DNA from: Eledone cirrhosa
Lineage: Eukaryota
Assembly: GCA_964016885.1 (NCBI GenBank)
Contig: OZ024749.1
Location: 14,446,001-14,510,000 of the forward strand
Reading direction: 5' to 3'
Length of the DNA: 64,000 bases
Shown here: one piece after another, positions 48,801-60,049 of the stretch
How the letters are laid out: each line of letters starts with the position of its first letter
Position numbering within the stretch: position 1 is the stretch's first letter
The notes under the pieces: model-generated
What the model was told of the DNA's origin: nothing
Database searches by the model: none
What the model saw: only the letters and a program-made list of their open reading frames with translations
Made by a program: the position numbers and the translations under genes

Positions 48801-50580
48801 TATGATTGAAGGGGTGGGGGTTGACTGCAGGTACCCATCTATGGTAAGGGGACCTGAGATTGCTGGGGTGGGTGTAGGGCATTGTTGAAGAGGTGGGGGT
48901 TGACTGCGGGTACCCATCTCTGGGAAGGGACAGAGATTGCTGGGGTGGGTGTAGGGCATTGTTGAGGGGCTGGGGCTTGACTGCAGGTACCCATCTATGG
49001 TAAGGGGACTTAGGATTGCTGGAGTGGGTGTAGGGCATTGTTGAAGGGGTGGGGGTTGACTACAGGTACCCATCTATAGTAAGGAGACCTAGGCTTGCTG
49101 GGGTGGGTGTAGGGCATTGTTGAAGGGGTGGGTGTTGACTGCAGGTACCCATCTATGGGAAGGGACAGAGATTGCTGGGGTGGGTGTAGGGCATTGTTGA
49201 AGGGGTGGGGGTTGACTACAGGTACCCATCTATAGTAAGGAGACCTAGGCTTGCTGGGGTGGGTGTAGGGCATTGTTGAAGGGGTGGGTGTTGACTGCAG
49301 GTACCCATCTATGGGAAGGGACAGAGATTGCTGGGGTGGGTGTAGGGCATTGTTGAAGGGGTGGGGTTTGACTGCAGGTACCCTTGTATGGGAAGGGGAC
49401 CTAGGCTTGCTGGGGTGGGTGTAGGACATTTTTGAAGGGGTGGGGGTTGACTGCAGGAACGCATCTATGGTAAGGGGACCTAGGATTGCAGGGGTGGGTG
49501 TAGGGCATTGTTGAAGGGGTGGGGATTGACTGCAGGTACCCATTTATGGTAAGGGGACCTAGGATTTCTGGGGTGGGTGTAGGGCATTGTTGAAGGGGTG
49601 GCGGTTGACTGCAAGTATCCATCTCTGGGAAGGGTCAGAGATTGCTGGGGTGGGTGTAGGGCATTGTTGAAGGGGTGGGGGTTGACTGCAGGTACCCATC
49701 TATGGTAAGGGGACTTAGGATTGCTGGGGTGGGTGTAGGGTATTGTTGAAGGGGTGGGGGTTGACTGCAGGTACCCATCCTTGGTAAGGGGATCTAGGCT
49801 TGCTGGGGTGGGTGTAGGGCATTGTTGAAGGGGTGTGGGTTGACTGCAGGTACCCATCTATGGGAAGGGACAGAGATTGCTGGGATGGGTGTAGGGCATT
49901 GTTGAAGGGGTGGGGTTGACTGCAGGTACCCATCTCTGGGAAGGGGACCTAGGATTGCTGGGGTGGCTGTAGGGCATTGTTAAAGGGGTGGGGGTTGACT
50001 GCAGGAACTCATCCTTGGTAAGGGGACCTAGGCTTGCTGAGGTGGGTGTAGGGCATTGTTGAAGGAGTGGGGGTTGACTGCAGGTACCCATCTCTGGGAA
50101 GGGACAGAGATTGCTGGGGTGGCTGTAGGGTATTGTTGAAGGGGTGGGGGTTGACTGCAGGTATCCATACTTGGTAAGGGGACCTAGGCTTGCTGGGGTG
50201 GGTGTAGGGCATTGTTGAAGGTGTGGTGGTTAACTGCAGGTACCCATCTATGGTAAGGGGACCTAGGCTTGCTGGGGTGGGTGTAGGGCATTGTTGAAGG
50301 GGTGGGGGTTGACTGCAGGTATCCATACTTGGTAAGGGGACCTAGGCTTGCTGGGGTGGGTGTAAGGCATTGTTGAAGGGGTGGGGGTTGACTGCAGGTA
50401 CCCATCTCTGGGAAGCGACAGAGATCGCTGGGTTAAGTGTGTGGCATTTCTGAAGTTGGTGGGGTACTGCTGGGGAAGGGTGGAGTTCTGCAGGTACCAA
50501 TTTCAGTCAAGAGGACCCAGGATTGCTGGAGGGGAGGGTGGCATTTACTGCAGTGCCCCATCTCTGGCAGATAGCAGATA
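36862..50580. repeat. 79-bp (78-79) G-rich tandem satellite, about 170 units
   Basis: Consensus GGGGACCTAGGATTGCTGGGGTGGGTGTAGGGCATTGTTGAAGGGGTGGGGGTTGACTGCAGGTACCCATCTATGGTAA. The ORF track recurs at 79-nt offsets (36942, 37021, 37100). Units are degenerate at both edges (36862-36915, 50420-50580). Confidence 0.98.
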
Positions 50581-50629
50581 TTTTTAGGTTTCCCATGTAG
50601 TGTACCTCAGCCTTCCTGTCTCTCAATAT

Positions 50630-50748
50630 TCTCTCTCTCTCTCTCTCTCTATCTTTCACTTTCTCTCTCTCTCTCTCTATCTATCTATCTTTCACTTACT
50701 CTCTCTCTCTCTCTATCTATCTTTCACTTTCTCTCTCTCTCTCTCTCA

Positions 50749-50780
<32 letters not shown>

Positions 50781-50802
50781 TTCACTTACTTCTCTCTCTC
50801 TC
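50630..50802. repeat. (CT)n/(CTAT)n compound microsatellite
   Basis: ctctct... runs interspersed with atctatctttcactt blocks. Confidence 0.95.
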
Positions 50803-50917
50803 TTATCCACCTGCTCACAGAGCTCACCCCGCCCCTTTCTCTCAATCTTTCTCTCCCCAACCTTCTATTACTGCCCTACCCCCAAGTCATAGCATTAATA
50901 TCATTCTCTTAATTACA

Positions 50918-50918
50918 T

Positions 50919-50961
<43 letters not shown>

Positions 50962-51131
50962 GCTACTACTACCAACACCACTGCAGGTACTATTATTATA
51001 ATTGCTACCACCACTACTACTACTAGTACCACTACTATTAACATTTACACTACTAACACCATCACAACTACTATTATCATAATTACTACCACCAACACAC
51101 TGTTACTACCACTACTGCTACCACCATCACC

Positions 51132-51169
<38 letters not shown>

Positions 51170-51483
51170 CACCACCATTATCACCACCACTACTACTACC
51201 ACCACTACCACTACTACTACTACTACCACCTCCACCACCACTACTACTATTACTACCACCACCACCACCACCACTACTACTGCTAGCACCTTCACCACCA
51301 CTACTACTACTACTACCACCACCACAACCACTAATACTACTACTACGATCATTACTACTACTACTACTACTACGACCATTACTACTACTACTATTACCAC
51401 CACCACCCCCATCACCACCACTACTTCTACTGCTAGGATCTTCACCACCACTACTACGACTACCACCACCACTACTACTACCA
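50918..51483. repeat. (CTA)n/(CCA)n trinucleotide low-complexity tract
   Basis: actactact/accaccacc runs; gives spurious poly-V, poly-S/G and poly-L ORFs. Confidence 0.95.
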
Positions 51484-52595
51484 CTATATATACATGTACC
51501 ACTATATACACACATGTACCACTATATATATACACATGTACCACTATATATATACACCTGTACCACTATATACACACATGTACCACTATATATACACATG
51601 TACCACTATACACACATGTACCACTATATACACACATGTACCACTATATACACACATGTACCACTATATACACACATGTACCACTATATACACACATGTA
51701 CTACTATATATATATACACATGTACCACTATATACACACATGTACCACTATATACACACATGTACCACTATACACACACATGTACCACTATATATATACA
51801 CACATGTACCACTATATATACACATGTACCTCTATATACACATGTACCATTATATATATACACATGTACCACTATATACATACATGTACCACTATATATA
51901 TACACATGTACCTCTATATACACATGTACCACTATATACACACATGTACCACTATATACACACATGTACCACTATATACACACATCTACCTCTATATATA
52001 CACATGTATCACTATATACACACATGTACTACTATATATATATATATACACATGTACCACTATATACACACATGTACCACTATATACACACATGTACCAC
52101 TATATATATATACACACATGTACCACTATATATACACATGTACCTCTATATACACACATGTACCACTATATATATACACATGTACCTCTATATACACATG
52201 TACCACTATATACACACATGTACCACTATATATATATACACATGTACCACTATATACACACATGTACCACTATATACACACATGTACCACTATATATATA
52301 CACATGTACCTCTATATACACATGTACCATTATATATATACCCATGTACCACTATATACACACATGTACCACTATATATATACACATGTACCTCTATATA
52401 CACATGTAGCACTATATACACACATGTACCACTATATATATATACACATGTACCACTATATACACACATGTACCACTATATACATACATGTACCACTATA
52501 TATATACACATGTACCACTATATACACACATGTACCACTATATATACACATGTAACACTATATACCCATGTACCACTATATACACACTCACATGT
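51481..52595. repeat. ~20-bp minisatellite (18-26 nt units), consensus CATGTACCACTATATACACA, about 55 units
   Basis: Repeating catgtaccac core with a variable number of TA and CA dinucleotides. Confidence 0.95.
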
Positions 52596-52699
52596 ATCAG
52601 TAAACTAATAAACACACACACACACACGCGTTCATGTGCACACACACAAACAGAAGCATCAACACACATGCACGTACACACACATCATCACACAATACC

Positions 52700-52858
52700 T
52701 CTACCACCACCACTACTACTACTACCACTACCACTGTTACTATAACTACTACTACTACTACCACCACCACTACTGCCACTACTACTACTATCACCATTAC
52801 TACTACTACAACTACCACTACCACCACTGACACTACTACTACTACCACCACCACTACC

Positions 52859-52893
<35 letters not shown>

Positions 52894-53365
52894 ACCAATA
52901 CACCATCTTATAAGCATAGATACTGTGACATGTTGCAGACCATAAGAATACTATTACTACTACCACTACTACCACCATCATCACCCCCTCCAACCACCAC
53001 TACCACCATTCTCATCACCACTACTACCACTACCACCATCACCCCACCGTAACCTCCTCCTCCACTACCACCATCACCCCCACTACAATTACCCCCCACC
53101 CTACCACACTCCGTCCCACCCCACCCCACCATCACTACCACCATTCTCATCACCTTCACCACTACCCCCATCACCCCCACCACCACCACAATCGCCACCA
53201 CCACTACTACCATCACCCCCACCACCACTACCAACACTACCACCATTCTCATCACCACCACCACCACCTATTTCATCACCATCATCACCAACTCCACTCT
53301 ATCCCAACAACAACACTTCCGGTACCACCATTATTACAACACCACTACCAACAACAACACCCTAC
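52700..53365. repeat. (CCA)n/(CTA)n/(TCA)n degenerate trinucleotide tract
   Basis: accaccactactac runs, interrupted by about 55 bp of unique sequence at 52895-52950. Confidence 0.9.
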
Positions 53366-53384
53366 CACTGAAATCAAGAGATAG

Positions 53385-53510
53385 ATACATACACACACAC
53401 ACACACATATATATATATGTGTGTGTGTGTGAATGTGTGTGTGTGTGAATGTGTGTGTATGGAGAAAGAGAGGGAGAAAGAAATACATAGAGAGAGACAG
53501 TCACAAATGA

Positions 53511-53553
<43 letters not shown>

Positions 53554-53631
53554 GGTAGATAGATATATAGATAGATAGAGGGGTAGATAGATAAATATAG
53601 TGAGAGTAGTATATAGAGACAGAAGCAGATG

Positions 53632-53719
<88 letters not shown>

Positions 53720-53870
53720 TTGGAGAGGAGAGAGTGTTATATATAAAGAAAGAGAGAGTGGGGAGGAGAGAGAGAGTGAGGGAGGAAGATAGAGAGATAG
53801 CAGTATGTAGATAGAGAGGGAGGGAGATAGATAGACAGCAGTATGTAGATAGATAGAGAGAGAGAGAGCT
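53385..53870. repeat. (CA)n/(TA)n/(TG)n/(GA)n/(GATA)n microsatellite cluster
   Basis: Dinucleotide and tetranucleotide runs read directly. Confidence 0.95.
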
Positions 53871-54489
53871 GGCTAATATAGAAACAAATCTAGAGAGAAG
53901 AGCTATAGAAGTATTATGTAGCAGTAGACAGCAGTAGTAGAACCATCACTGAACTGTAGTGTAGCAATGTCGTAAGAGAACAGAAAAAAATATATATATT
54001 TTATATATATATTATATACCACCTGATACACAACACTGCCATTCACCATAACAATATTTGCTGCACTCCTTAAGGTATTTATATATATACACATATATAT
54101 ATATATTTATTTATTTAATTTTAGGTTTAATCAATACATATAAAATATATATCGATAATGTTTCTCAGTAAAAAAGCTTCTGTTCAGAGCATCTATGTAT
54201 TTGTAAATGATATATACGTGGATATATTGAGTAAGAAACTAGTATTTTGGACATATATAAGTACCATTTTAAGAAATGTTTTTAATTTGTATTTAAATCT
54301 ACATATCGTTTTCTCTATATATGTGTATCAAATACAGGAATGCATTTGCGGTCTTGTCCGCGGGCCGCAGCACTCGTGGCCTAGAGCCCATGATGCGCCC
54401 TCCTCATTCTTCTGTGACCCTAGAGCCGTGCCTGTCCTTTCCCTTTCCGTGTTCATAACCACAAAAGACACTTGAATCTTCTGTGTATT

Positions 54490-54630
54490 ATTCTGACGGC
54501 CCTTTATGGTCTGATTTCAAATCCCACCGAGGTTAACTTTACCTTTCATCCTTACGGGGTCGATAAAATAAAGTACCAGTAATGTACTGGGGTAATTGCT
54601 GGCCTTGTGCCAAAAGTAGAAACAATTATT
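54490..54630 (+). mobile_element. Degenerate, 5'-truncated and internally deleted tRNA-derived SINE resembling abundant Octopus SINEs
   Basis: B-box-like tttcaaatccc, then ccgaggttaactttacctttcatccttacggggtcgataaaataaagtaccagt..tactggggt and tail aattgctggccttgtgccaaaa. Matches my recollection of octopus SINE sequence; not database-verified. Confidence 0.7.
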
Positions 54631-54688
54631 CTCATTCTCTACAATTCTTGTGATAAACACAAGTTTATTTCTCAATTGATATATCCAC

Positions 54689-54732
<44 letters not shown>

Positions 54733-54734
<2 letters not shown>

Positions 54735-54793
54735 ATTTATCTGATGATAGCGTACCAAAATGTTGGTACCCTTGAAATATATATAATAGAATA
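54733..54793 (+). ncRNA. Minimal type I hammerhead ribozyme motif, possibly degenerate
   Basis: CTGATGA at 54741-54747; stem II hairpin gtaccaa-aatg-ttggtac; GAAA at 54774-54777; palindromic stem III atatatat followed by the A cleavage position. The base of stem II pairs poorly. Confidence 0.6.
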
Positions 54794-54929
54794 AATATGG
54801 TTTTATAAATATAGTTTCCATTTGTTTAATATCTTTGTATATTATACTCCAGAGAACTTGTAGAGTGCTCTGAATCGGTTATAAACATTTATATTTGTTG
54901 AATTACCAACAAATTGAATATCCCTTCTG

Positions 54930-54932
<3 letters not shown>
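54733..54932 (+). mobile_element. Solo diverged pseudo-LTR fragment of a related Penelope-like element
   Basis: Homologous to 61341-61497 (gaaatatatataat..aataaatatggttttataaatatagttt, tatactcca, gagtgct, gttataaa.atttat, ccaacaa). Flanked on both sides by (TA)n. Confidence 0.8.
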
Positions 54933-54968
<36 letters not shown>

Positions 54969-55174
54969 TGGTCATTAATTCTTTGAGTGTGTACTCTAGT
55001 CTTGTGGTTTGTTTTGATTCGTATTTTCTTCTTCATCTTCTTCGTTATAAACCACTTTTCATTCGAACCTGATATGTATCGATTCTTTCGATAAGACTGA
55101 TTGATTTAGTGAAGAATTTAAGAAGATGACGTTTGAAAAAATACGATTATGGGATGGAGAAAACACACAGAATG

Positions 55175-55285
<111 letters not shown>

Positions 55286-55355
55286 GTATAAATATATGGC
55301 TTAAAATTGTTTACGCTGACTATATAATTACGTATTCATGAATACCTGTAAGAAA

Positions 55356-55640
55356 AGGTGTGCGTGAATTGCATGCAAATATCGGTGTAGAAAGCCTGTG
55401 TGTTTGTGTGTGCATCCAAGTATGTGTATGTATGAATGTGTGTATGTATATGTAGGTGTGCGTGAATTGCATGCAAATATTGCTGTAGAAAGTCTGTGTA
55501 TATATATATGTGTGTGTTTGTGTGTGTATGTATGAGTGTGTGTATGTATATGTAGGTGTGCGTGAATTGCATGCAAATATTGCTGTAGAAAGTCTGTGTG
55601 TTTGTGTGTGCATCCAAGTATGTGTATGTATGAGTATGTA
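55356..55640. repeat. Three tandem copies of a ~99-bp unit
   Basis: aggtgtgcgtgaattgcatgcaaatat..tgtagaaag.ctgtg starts at 55356, 55454 and 55554. Confidence 0.9.
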
Positions 55641-55693
55641 TGTAACTGATGCACTGTGTTTGTGTATGTGCGTCTTTTCTATCCGTCATATAA

Positions 55694-55897
55694 CACACAC
55701 ATACGTGTGTGTGTTTGTGCAGATATATGTGTATTTGTATACAGACACATACGTGTGTGTGTTTGTGCAGATATATGTGTATTTGTATACACACACATAC
55801 GTGTGTGTGTTTGTGCAGATATATGTGTATTTGTATACACACACATACGTGTGTGTGTTTGTGCAGATATATGTGTATTTGTATACACACACACACT
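55694..55897. repeat. 48-bp minisatellite, about 4 copies
   Basis: acacacatacgtgtgtgtgtttgtgcagatatatgtgtatttgtatac repeated almost perfectly. Confidence 0.93.
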
Positions 55898-56047
55898 ATG
55901 GAAGAGTCATAATAGCCATTTCTACATACCCACATATATACACCATTGTATACATTTCTGTTGTATTTTGTTTACATGAAGTGTCAAAAAATTGCGTCTA
56001 CTGACTAGTTACATACATCTACCTTTCTATCTCTATTTTTCTCTGTT

Positions 56048-56081
<34 letters not shown>

Positions 56082-56090
<9 letters not shown>

Positions 56091-56647
56091 AAGTTATATT
56101 TAAAATTGTTGGGTTACAACTAGTAAATATTTATAACTGATATAAAAGCACTCGACAAATACTTGGAGTATATTTACAATATTAAATAAATGGAAAACTA
56201 TATTTATAAAACCATATTTATTTCATTATATATATTTCGGGGATATCATATTAACAATATGCTATGCCTTCATCAGACAAAATACAATATAAACAGTTTT
56301 ATAGATAAATATATTCGACATACCGTAATAAACATCAACTTCATTTGAAGAGGTTCACTCTAGCAGTGAAAATACAGAGAGAAAGAAAGAGAGAGAGAAA
56401 AGAGGGAAATAAGAAAGAAAGAAAGACGAAACGAAGAAAAGGAAGAAAAAGAAGAAAAAGAAGAAATGCATGGGACAAAATAGAGAGATGGAAAAATAGA
56501 TAAAGCGAAGAGCTTCATGTAAAGAGACCGAAAGAGATATATATATATATATAGAGAGAGGAAATAGAGATAGATACATATATAAATATAGATATAGAAA
56601 AATTAGGTAGTGGGAGGTCATTTTGAGTAAGTGTATCAATGATGCAT

Positions 56648-56682
<35 letters not shown>

Positions 56683-57298
56683 GCTCAAGTATTAATGTAA
56701 GGGAGATATAGAGAGATATAGAGAGATATAGAGAGAGAAAAATTTAAAAATAGCCAGACATATTCGAGGCGTAGAAAACCCTATGTTTTAATGTATTAGT
56801 ATTTATAAAACTTACACTATATTGTAAATATCAGTATTCCTGAATGAAACAAGTATTCACAATGCGTGAAAATTCATTATCTTATGTTTAGTTTTTTAAA
56901 AAATTCATATGTCTATGTGAATCCAACTGATTCACTCCGCAAATTCAAAGTTACCGGAAAACATTCTCAATGTGGTATAAACATTTGAGCGTATTATTAT
57001 TCTTGCGATTACTCTACAAGATTATCTATCAAGCAGAAATAGAGAGCAGATTTCAATATACTAATCGAAAATATATATTATATTATAAGCAGAGATAACA
57101 ATAATAATGATAATAAGTAAAAATATATAAAAATATAAAAATATAGAATAGAAAACTAAAAAAGAATATTACGAAAGAATATTACATAATAAAAATATTG
57201 CATATTAAAAATACTATGTTTTAAAATTATTACGTATTAAAACTTTACATATAAAAATATTAAAAATAAAAATAAAATAAAATAAAAAATAAAAAATA
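56082..57298 (-). repeat. 3' pseudo-LTR (direct repeat of 60050-61286)
   Basis: Appears identical to the upstream copy except 3 versus 5 copies of gagatataga. The same 94-aa spurious ORF appears at 56355 and 60323. Confidence 0.93.
56205..56303 (-). ncRNA. Type I hammerhead ribozyme in the 3' pLTR
   Basis: Minus strand: tataaaactgt..tattttgt-CTGATGA-a-[ggcatagcatatt-gtt-aatatgatatcccc]-GAAA-tatata-TA^-atgaaata..atggttttata. Predicted cleavage between 56227 and 56226. Confidence 0.8.
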
Positions 57299-57495
57299 AA
57301 AATATAAAAATATTATAGAATACTACAATACTAAAAGAATAAAAATAAAAATAAAAATAAAAATAAAAATAAAAATAAAAATAAAAAATAAACCACAAAG
57401 AACAACCCTTCAAGGTTAATTGACAATATATTGCCAAGTTCACTACAAGACAAAGCCAAAAATTATCTATCAAATCACATCTAGCAAGGAATATC

Positions 57496-57531
<36 letters not shown>

Positions 57532-57793
57532 TTATGATGTCCAATAATGTCTACATATGTTCCTATATTTAATATATAAGTTTATCAAGTGTAAGGTTAA
57601 TTCATAAAATTTGGAGCATCGGCTTTTAGGGTAGCTTAATTTTTCATGAGGAATGTTTAGATAAAAATAAAAATAAAAAATAAAAATAAAAATAAATACA
57701 ATAAAATAAACAGTAAAAAGAGGGAATCAAAGATTTAGGAATCAAAAGATTTATCGGCTAGTTCTCATATAAATATAAATCAAACTAAATATA

Positions 57794-60007
57794 CTACATT
57801 TTAAATTTAAATTTATATTTAAACGTTGAGTTTAATCTATGTTTGCAACAACTGAATAAATTTGTCCGTAGGTTAAGGGAATTTTTAGATTTTAGTATAA
57901 AGAATATCTCCTCTGCGCAGAGGTCACATGTCTCAGAGGATGAATTAAAAGGAATCCCTCTTGAGACTATATTCCAAGCCGTCGAATATCTAACGTTATC
58001 TAGCTTAAGTTGCCAGAGTACACCTGATAGTGCCGTTGAAGATTTTTTATTTGGATCTGTGAAAGAATTCTTGTGGTTATTATAGCGAAGTTTAAATTCC
58101 GTCGATGTGGAACCGACGTAGTTAAAAGAATTAGAGTCAGTATTAACATTACAATTGTATACTATATTTTTAACTAAGCAGTTGTTATTTAACGGACATT
58201 TAGATCTATCTCTACAGTTGCATTTGTTAACTTGTATATTATTTATGCTATTATCAGTAGTTTTTAAGTTCCTATTATTTATTCTATTAATATTTTGTGC
58301 TAAATTTTTGGTGGATGAATAGGTTAATTTAATTGTATGCCTATTGAAGATTGAGTGGTACCTATGTGTTCTAGGGAAGCGATTATCAAGAGCTTTGAAA
58401 AATAATTTAGCGATGTGGGTTTTAATGTTTAGTGAGAAAGGGGGGGCAAACCAAATTATGTTCCTAGTTCTATTTCTTTTTTGTCCTTTGGAATTATTGT
58501 AATGCTTTCTATTATAGTTGTTAATGTTGTTGCCATAATTAAAAAAGTTGTTACTTTGTTTAGTTTGTTTATCATTATCTATGTACACAATCTTATCAGC
58601 ATACCCTGCCCTAGCTAGTGCATCATTATAGTATTGGGCCTTTTCGTCAAAAATCTTTCTATTCGACGAGATCCTAGAGATACGCTTTTGGACTGAGTTT
58701 ACTATAGTGTTTTTGACAGATCTGGGGTGGTTAGAGTTAAAGTTGACATAGTTTAAGTTTTCATTCAACTTGTGAAAAGGATAGTGGAGACATGTGTTGA
58801 GATTTAATGTTATATCTAGGAAATTGACTATTCTATGGTTGTTCTCAATTTCTATTTTAAGGTTAAAGTAATTAAAAAATTTTGTAATTTGTTTACATTT
58901 TCTATTTAGTTCAGGGTTATTATTATTAATGAGTAAAAGCATGTCATCCCTATATAAACCTCCGGTAGTACCAGGTATTTTCCTATGTAGCGAATTGATT
59001 AAAAATAAGCCCACAAGGTCAGTTACTTGAGCTGAGTCGGAAGATCCCATAGTTATGTCAAAATTGCTATCTCTATCTGCTCTGGTCCATAATTTGTCAT
59101 CAAATTCTATCAAAGTTTTCCTAGCCGATAATATAATATGCATTTCTTTGCTAGTTAGGTCCGTATGTTTGAGTGCGTAATTTAGTGCCTTATTTAGTAG
59201 ACTAGGGGTAATAGAAGAATAATAGTTAGCTATATCAAGTTGAATAAACCTATTATTATTGTCATATTTAATTTGCCTAAACCACTCAACAACCTCTCCG
59301 GTTCCCTTCCACAAGCTCAGGTTAGATACATAATCCAAGTTCTTAATTTGCAGTATCACCCTGTCAAGAATGTTTTTGCTTAATTTGCCCAGGTCCGATT
59401 TTGAAGGTGCGATTAATCTAACTGGCAGGTCAATCTCAAAATTCCTCTTGTGGTCCTTCATATTGATCTTCGGTTTCCTGGGCACAAAAGGTTGTGTTCT
59501 GTTCTCAATTTCCAACTCATGCATTATACAAGATGCTTCAACATTCATTTTCACAAGTTCGGTCTTATCTGCTACCTTGTATTTTTTCCTCAGCTCTTTC
59601 AGTATGAGGCCATTATACATGTCTTTCTGCACTCCATAGAGGTTGTTGGTCTTGTCAGATTTCACCAAGATCTTCTCAGTTTTCTCTAAGCTCTCAATGT
59701 TATCCTTAATGCCTTTCAGATATTCCTGGCCTTTAAAGTTTCTCTTGAATTTGACCCCTTGTATGATAGAAATTATATCGTTTTCAAAGTCAGATAAAAG
59801 TTTGTTAGGGGGTGGATTTCTTTTAGATTTGAAAACTTTGTTTAAGTCCGAGATATTTTCGTCTGCATTAAATTTATCAAAGTGGAATGCACGCCACCTG
59901 ATTCTCCTTATAAAAGAGTCAGATTTATCTATTAGTTGTTTTACAAAGTCTTTGTTTCTAGGTAGAGGTATGTCTTTTAGAGAGGAAGTAATCTTAAAGA
60001 ATTCCAT
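57794..60007 (-). CDS. Penelope-like element polyprotein: reverse transcriptase plus C-terminal GIY-YIG endonuclease, 737 aa, intact
   Basis: RT motifs FIQLDIANYYSSI, FDITMGSSD, GLYRDD, VNFLDITL and YVNFNSNHP. Linker IIWFAPPFS and CNC-x5-CP-x4-C. Endonuclease IVY...YVG, FKLRYNNH, CDLCAEE and CCKH. These resemble the Naiad clade as recalled. Confidence 0.95.
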   Translation of the reverse strand: MEFFKITSSLKDIPLPRNKDFVKQLIDKSDSFIRRIRWRAFHFDKFNADENISDLNKVFKSKRNPPPNKLLSDFENDIISIIQGVKFKRNFKGQEYLKGIKDNIESLEKTEKILVKSDKTNNLYGVQKDMYNGLILKELRKKYKVADKTELVKMNVEASCIMHELEIENRTQPFVPRKPKINMKDHKRNFEIDLPVRLIAPSKSDLGKLSKNILDRVILQIKNLDYVSNLSLWKGTGEVVEWFRQIKYDNNNRFIQLDIANYYSSITPSLLNKALNYALKHTDLTSKEMHIILSARKTLIEFDDKLWTRADRDSNFDITMGSSDSAQVTDLVGLFLINSLHRKIPGTTGGLYRDDMLLLINNNNPELNRKCKQITKFFNYFNLKIEIENNHRIVNFLDITLNLNTCLHYPFHKLNENLNYVNFNSNHPRSVKNTIVNSVQKRISRISSNRKIFDEKAQYYNDALARAGYADKIVYIDNDKQTKQSNNFFNYGNNINNYNRKHYNNSKGQKRNRTRNIIWFAPPFSLNIKTHIAKLFFKALDNRFPRTHRYHSIFNRHTIKLTYSSTKNLAQNINRINNRNLKTTDNSINNIQVNKCNCRDRSKCPLNNNCLVKNIVYNCNVNTDSNSFNYVGSTSTEFKLRYNNHKNSFTDPNKKSSTALSGVLWQLKLDNVRYSTAWNIVSRGIPFNSSSETCDLCAEEIFFILKSKNSLNLRTNLFSCCKHRLNSTFKYKFKFKM

Positions 60008-60049
60008 TTTTCAGTTATAATATAAAGCGCTCAACAGTATTGGAGCAAG

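Noticed and set aside
36900-50420. Telomeric repeat array
   Set aside because: G-rich, but no tandem TTAGGG or similar short repeat; a subtelomeric position cannot be judged from this window.
1-50580. CRISPR-like array interpretation of either satellite
   Set aside because: Units are head-to-tail with no unique spacers, there are no cas genes, and the context is eukaryotic.
36839-50587. Pro-rich short ORFs (MGTCSQPPPLQQCPTPTPA...) on the minus strand
   Set aside because: Translations of the 79-bp unit cycling through frames and ending at recurrent TAG stops; no coding signature.
57498-57528. Poly(A) run as a LINE/SINE or retrocopy tail
   Set aside because: It lies inside the PLE 3' region and is poly(T) on the element's sense strand; no associated element or target-site duplication is visible.
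56082-60007. Selenoprotein-encoding Naiad with a SECIS element
   Set aside because: Some Naiads are reported to use UGA-Sec, but this ORF has no in-frame TGA. The hairpin near 56840-56880 lacks a convincing SECIS core.
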